From: Dehalococcoidia bacterium
GTDB lineage: Bacteria > Chloroflexota > Dehalococcoidia > UBA2979
Assembly (NCBI GenBank): GCA_965262725.1
Contig: OZ253555.1
Span: forward strand, 1,312,001-1,376,000
DNA: 64,000 bases
Reading direction: 5' to 3'
In this document: positions 60,001 to 64,000 of the stretch, piece after piece
Layout of the letters: every line of letters begins with the position of its first letter
Position numbering within the stretch: the stretch's first letter is position 1
Translations under genes and position numbers: made by a program
The notes under the pieces: generated by a model
Database searches by the model: none
What the model was told of the DNA's origin: nothing
The model's input: only the letters and a program-made list of their open reading frames with translations

Positions 60001-60942
60001 ATGCAGGAGATACGGAACGGACCCGAGGTGGCGACCCGCCGGGCGGGCGCGACAAGCCGGGCGCATGCGCGGGCCGAGCTTGCGGGCCGAGTGCGCGACC
60101 GCGAGTTCACATCGGCGCCCGGCGTCTTCGACCTGATATCGGCGCGCATCGCCGACGGATACGGCTTCCCGGCTCTCTACATGACGGGCTACGGCGCCGT
60201 CGCTTCACATCTGGGTCTGCCGGACGCGGGGCTCGCGACGTACACCGAGATGGTGGATAGCGTCTCGCGGATCTGCTCCGTGACCGCCACGCCGCTCATT
60301 GCCGACGCCGATACCGGTTACGGCGGCCTCCTCAACGTGCAGCACACGGTGCGCGGCTACGAGACGGCGGGGGCGGCGGCGATCCAGCTCGAGGATCAGC
60401 AGTTCCCGAAGAAGTGCGGCCACACGCCCGGGACAAGGCCGGTGATCCCGATCGACGAGGCGGTGGCAAAGATCGCCGTCGCCGTCGAATCGCGTGAGTC
60501 TGAGGACTTCCTCGTTGTCGCGCGCACCGATGCACGCTCCGACCACGGTCTCGACGAGGCGCTGCGCCGCGCGGAGGCCTTCGCGCGGGCGGGAGCCGAC
60601 GTGCTGTTCGTGGAGGGCCCGCGCTCCCTTGAAGAGATGCGGACGATCGGCCGCTCCCTCGACCAGCCGCTCATGGCGAACATGGTGGACGGCGGGCGCA
60701 CGCCGGTGCTCTCGGCTGAGGAGCTGCGCCAGGTGGGGTACACACTCGCCATCTTCCCCGCGACCGGGTTCCTCGCGGTGGGAGCGGCGCTGCGCTCGGT
60801 CTACGCGCACATCGCCGAGCGCGGGTCGAGCGCCGGGCTCGCGCAGCCGCTCCACGACTTCGACTCCTTCAGCGAGCTGATGGGCTTCCCCGAGGTGTGG
60901 GAGTTCGAGAAGCGCTGGGCGAACCGTGTAGGGAAGCGCTGA
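60001..60942 (+). CDS. Isocitrate lyase/PEP mutase family C-C lyase (2,3-dimethylmalate/methylisocitrate lyase-like)
   Basis: LYMTGY, DADTGYG, EDQ..PKKCGH and ARTD motifs. Confidence 0.9.
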   Translation: MQEIRNGPEVATRRAGATSRAHARAELAGRVRDREFTSAPGVFDLISARIADGYGFPALYMTGYGAVASHLGLPDAGLATYTEMVDSVSRICSVTATPLIADADTGYGGLLNVQHTVRGYETAGAAAIQLEDQQFPKKCGHTPGTRPVIPIDEAVAKIAVAVESRESEDFLVVARTDARSDHGLDEALRRAEAFARAGADVLFVEGPRSLEEMRTIGRSLDQPLMANMVDGGRTPVLSAEELRQVGYTLAIFPATGFLAVGAALRSVYAHIAERGSSAGLAQPLHDFDSFSELMGFPEVWEFEKRWANRVGKR

Positions 60943-60956
60943 GGGGAAGGCTCGCG

Positions 60957-61730
60957 ATGGTGGAGATGGCCCGAGGCCTCCGGACGGACGGGCGTCCGGC
61001 GACGGTGTACGGCACGCGGGCGAAGCTCGGGCTGATCGTCCCGCCGACGAACACGGCCAACGAGGCGGAGTGGCAGCTCATGGTCCCGGAGGGGGTCAGC
61101 GTCCACGTCACGCGGATGCCTCTGCACACCGACACGACGAGCGAGGTGGGGCTGCGCGCGCTCTACGCCGACGTGGAGCGCGCCGCCTCCGACCTCGCGC
61201 AGGCCTCCGTCGACGTGATCGCCTACGGCTGCACGGCCGGCTCGATGACGGCACCGATGACGGCCCTCTGCGATTTCGTGACGGGGCTCACGGGCAGGCC
61301 GGCGGTGACCACGGCGGCCTCGCTGGTGTACGCGCTGCGAGCGCTGGGCGTGAGCCGCGTGGCGCTCGCGACGCCGTACCACGATGCGCTCAACGAGCAC
61401 GAGCGCGAGTTCTTGGCCGCGAACGGCGTCGAGGTGGTGGCGATGTCCGGCCTCGGCATCGGCGCCGGAGGCCCGCAGGAGTACGTCCGGATCGCCCGCG
61501 TTGACCTCGACGAGGTGCGCCGGCACGCGCACGCGGTCGACCGTCCAGAGGCCGAGGCACTCCTTATCAGCTGCACCGACTTCGCGACGCTGCCGCTCAT
61601 CGCCGAGCTCGAGGAAACGCTCGGCAAGCCGGTGGTGACGAGCAACCAGGCGACCTTCTGGGCCGCGCTGCGGGCGGCTGGGGACGACGGGCGCTTCGAG
61701 GGCTTCGGCGCTCTCCTGCGGGATCACTAG
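60957..61730 (+). CDS. Maleate cis-trans isomerase / Asp-Glu racemase family protein
   Basis: GLIVP..N, YGCTAGS, ATPY, ISCT and SNQA motifs (two catalytic Cys). Confidence 0.85.
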   Translation: MVEMARGLRTDGRPATVYGTRAKLGLIVPPTNTANEAEWQLMVPEGVSVHVTRMPLHTDTTSEVGLRALYADVERAASDLAQASVDVIAYGCTAGSMTAPMTALCDFVTGLTGRPAVTTAASLVYALRALGVSRVALATPYHDALNEHEREFLAANGVEVVAMSGLGIGAGGPQEYVRIARVDLDEVRRHAHAVDRPEAEALLISCTDFATLPLIAELEETLGKPVVTSNQATFWAALRAAGDDGRFEGFGALLRDH

Positions 61731-61898
61731 GGCCCCGCGCAGGAGCGTCGCCTTCCTTCGCGGGAGCGGCCGGGCGGGGCGGAGACTCCGCCCAGGGAGT
61801 CTTCTCCCGGTGACGATCTCGGGCCCGGCGCGTTGCCCCGGTCCATCGCGCGCGCTCTGATCTTGTGTAAGTCACTCGACTATGACAACATCTGTCGC

Positions 61899-63134
61899 GT
61901 GAGTGCCCTTCTTGCCACCCGCCGCACGATTGATCGCTCGACGCTCGCGGGCCTGCTCGCCCTCGCCGCCCTCGCGGCGGTCTACCTGCTCGCCCTACGC
62001 GTCGACGCGGCGTGGCCGGTCTTCTGGGTCGCGGGCGCCGCCTTCGGCGCGATCTCCCAGCGCAGCCGCTTCTGCTTCGTCGCCGGCTTCCGCGACCTCT
62101 TCCTCATGCGGCAGGGCCGGATGATGCGAGGTATCATCGCCGGCCTCGCCGTCGGCACTGTCGGCTTCGCGATGATCATGGCCACCGTCGTGCCCAACCC
62201 CGGCAGCGGCGTGCTGCCGTCCGACGCGCACATCCTGCCGCTCGGTATCGCGACGGTGCTCGGCGGGCTGCTCTTCGGCTTCGGGATGGTGCTCTCCGGC
62301 GGCTGCGTCAGTGGCTCGCTCTACCGCATGGGCGAGGGCTACCTCGGCTCGTGGGTTGCGATCGGGGGCGTGCTCGTCGGGCTCTACGGGCTGAATCGCA
62401 CCTGGAACTGGTGGTGGGACAACCAGATCAGCACCGATCGCATCTCATGGCTGCCAACGGATCTCACCTACACGGGCGCGATCGTGGTCACGTTGGCTCT
62501 GTTCGGGCTTGCCTTCTTCGCCGTCTCCTGGTGGGAGCGACGCGCTTTCGCCGGCATGACCTTCACGATCCCGATTACGAGCGCCACGTCGACCGGCGCC
62601 GCGCCGGGCACGACGCTCTCCGGGCTGGCCCGGCGCGTCTTCCGGGACGAGTGGACGCCGCTCATCGGTGGCATCGCGCTGGCCGCGGTCAACATCATGC
62701 TCTTCATCCGCTATCGCCCGATCGGCGTCGTGGGCGAACTCTCGCGCTGGTCCTCGGACTTTGCCGTCAATTTCGGCGCGGGGGTCGGCGAGCTCAAGGG
62801 CATTAGCGACATCCCAGGCTGCGTCCCGCGCTTCGTCGAGGGCACGTGGTTCAGCGATGCCTTCATGCTCAACGCAGGGATCATCGCAGGGGCCTTCACG
62901 GCCGCGCTCCTGGCGAGGGAGTTCCGGCTGCGCGTCCCGCGCGGCCCCAGGCGCTACGTGCAGTCGCTCGCCGGCGGCGTAGTAATGGGCTACGGGGCTG
63001 GCCTGGGGCTCGGCTGCACCATCGGCGCCTTCTTCTCGGCGATCCCCTCGCTCGCCCTCAACGGCTGGATCTACGCCGTCGCCCTCGCGGTCGGCGCCTA
63101 CGCGGGCACGGCAGTCATCCGGCGGTTCCCATGA
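61899..63134 (+). CDS. YeeE/YedE family sulfur (thiosulfate-type) transporter
   Basis: RSRFCF, FGFGMVLSGGCVSG and GCTIG motifs; many TM helices. Confidence 0.9.
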   Translation: MSALLATRRTIDRSTLAGLLALAALAAVYLLALRVDAAWPVFWVAGAAFGAISQRSRFCFVAGFRDLFLMRQGRMMRGIIAGLAVGTVGFAMIMATVVPNPGSGVLPSDAHILPLGIATVLGGLLFGFGMVLSGGCVSGSLYRMGEGYLGSWVAIGGVLVGLYGLNRTWNWWWDNQISTDRISWLPTDLTYTGAIVVTLALFGLAFFAVSWWERRAFAGMTFTIPITSATSTGAAPGTTLSGLARRVFRDEWTPLIGGIALAAVNIMLFIRYRPIGVVGELSRWSSDFAVNFGAGVGELKGISDIPGCVPRFVEGTWFSDAFMLNAGIIAGAFTAALLAREFRLRVPRGPRRYVQSLAGGVVMGYGAGLGLGCTIGAFFSAIPSLALNGWIYAVALAVGAYAGTAVIRRFP

Positions 63135-63430
63135 GCAGCAGCGCGGCCATGGAGGAGATCCTGGACCTGCGCGGGCGTCCGGCCGCCGAGCAGATGCGCG
63201 CCGCGCACGAGGCGGTCGAGCGCGCCGTTGGGGGTGCCGGGATGCACATCCTCACCGACCTCGAAGTGGTCGCCACCTACGTGCTGCCGGCGGCCGCGCA
63301 GCGCGGCCTGCGCTGCCGCGTCGAGCCGCCGACGAGCGGGACGCGGGCACTGCGCCTGTTGCCCGCTGACCGCACGCCCGCCGACACGGAATCAGGCGAC
63401 GAGTCAGGAAACAGGGAGGGGAACCCATGA
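63131..63430 (+). CDS. TusA-fold-like protein lacking the CPxP cysteine
   Basis: EILDLRG...ILTD pattern as in TusA; ATGA overlaps on both sides. Confidence 0.6.
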   Translation: MSSSAAMEEILDLRGRPAAEQMRAAHEAVERAVGGAGMHILTDLEVVATYVLPAAAQRGLRCRVEPPTSGTRALRLLPADRTPADTESGDESGNREGNP

Positions 63431-63678
63431 CCGCCACGAACGAGGCGCCGGTACTGGACGTGCGCGGCGAGATCTGTCCGTACCCCATGCTTCGCACCAC
63501 GCGCGAGCTCGACGACGTGCGGCCCGGCGTGCCGGAGCTGACGGTGCTCACCGATCACCCGCCCGCGCTCTCGACGATTCCGCCCGAGGCGATGAAGCGT
63601 GGCTACGGGTGCGAGATCAGCGAGCGGAGACCCGGCGAGTGGGCGATCCGCATCTTCAGTGCCGAGGCCGCCGGCTAG
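63427..63678 (+). CDS. tusA: TusA/YeeD family sulfur carrier
   Basis: LDVRGEICPYP, VLTDHP and G.W.I.I motifs. Confidence 0.9.
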   Translation: MTATNEAPVLDVRGEICPYPMLRTTRELDDVRPGVPELTVLTDHPPALSTIPPEAMKRGYGCEISERRPGEWAIRIFSAEAAG

Positions 63679-63745
63679 GGCGGTGCCTGCAGGAACTCGT
63701 GTGAACGCGGTCGCGAGGAGACCGCATAGAAAGCAGAGGACTCAC

Positions 63746-64000
63746 ATGGAACGATCACGAAGGACGAGGCGCGGATCGACGCTTTGGGGCCGCACGGCCG
63801 GGCTGCTGGCATTGGCCGTGCTGGCGGGCGCCGCGCTTATCACGGGCTGTGGCGACGATGAAGACTCGAAGGCCGTGAAGGGCCTCGAGGAGCGCGGCTA
63901 CCACGACACGTCGCGGCTCGTTACCACCCAGTGGATCGAGGACCACCTCGACGACGACTCGGTCGTACTCATCGACCTGCGCAACGAGGAGAGCTACGCC
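63746..64000 (+). CDS. Rhodanese/sulfurtransferase lipoprotein (runs off the window end)
   Basis: Translated by hand: MERSRR...AALITG-C-GDDED...GYHDTSRLVTTQWIEDHLDDDSVVLIDLR (SseA-like N-terminus); GAGGA RBS. Confidence 0.75.
   Translation, partial: MERSRRTRRGSTLWGRTAGLLALAVLAGAALITGCGDDEDSKAVKGLEERGYHDTSRLVTTQWIEDHLDDDSVVLIDLRNEESYA

Overview
High-GC bacterial chromosome segment (roughly 70%+ GC by eye). It most likely comes from Chloroflexota, class Dehalococcoidia (Tepidiformales/SAR202-like). This is an inference from the GAAC-N4-GTTC SOS box, the recA-recX-rny-ymdB and yvcK-secG-SBP gene order, acidic-tailed lipoproteins and expanded catabolic paralogues. The first ~33 kb is mostly housekeeping: icd, a carboxyltransferase, hydantoinase/oxoprolinase A+B, rplY, rlmN, fmt, recA, recX, rny, ymdB, tRNA-Asp, panD, secG, yvcK, gatB, rarA, tRNA-Leu(UAA) and csoR-copA. 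From ~33 kb it is accessory catabolism: CoA transferases, acyl-CoA dehydrogenases, amidohydrolases, an amidase, an LLM oxidoreductase, an SDR and a solute-binding protein, ending in a YeeE/TusA/rhodanese sulfur module cut off by the window edge. I found no transposase, integrase, prophage, CRISPR array or rRNA. Best leads: (1) four paralogues of an unusual split-barrel flavin/F420-binding family sharing an RAEG[FW]...DF signature; (2) an operon encoding a formyl-CoA-transferase-like enzyme, a 2-hydroxyacyl-CoA lyase, an ICL-family lyase and a maleate-isomerase-like protein; (3) a sulfur module with a Cys-less TusA paralogue and an exported rhodanese lipoprotein; (4) two small proteins not called as such in the ORF track; (5) several predicted pseudo-enzymes. 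All functional calls come from motif recognition by eye, not database searches, and start codons were chosen by RBS and homology.
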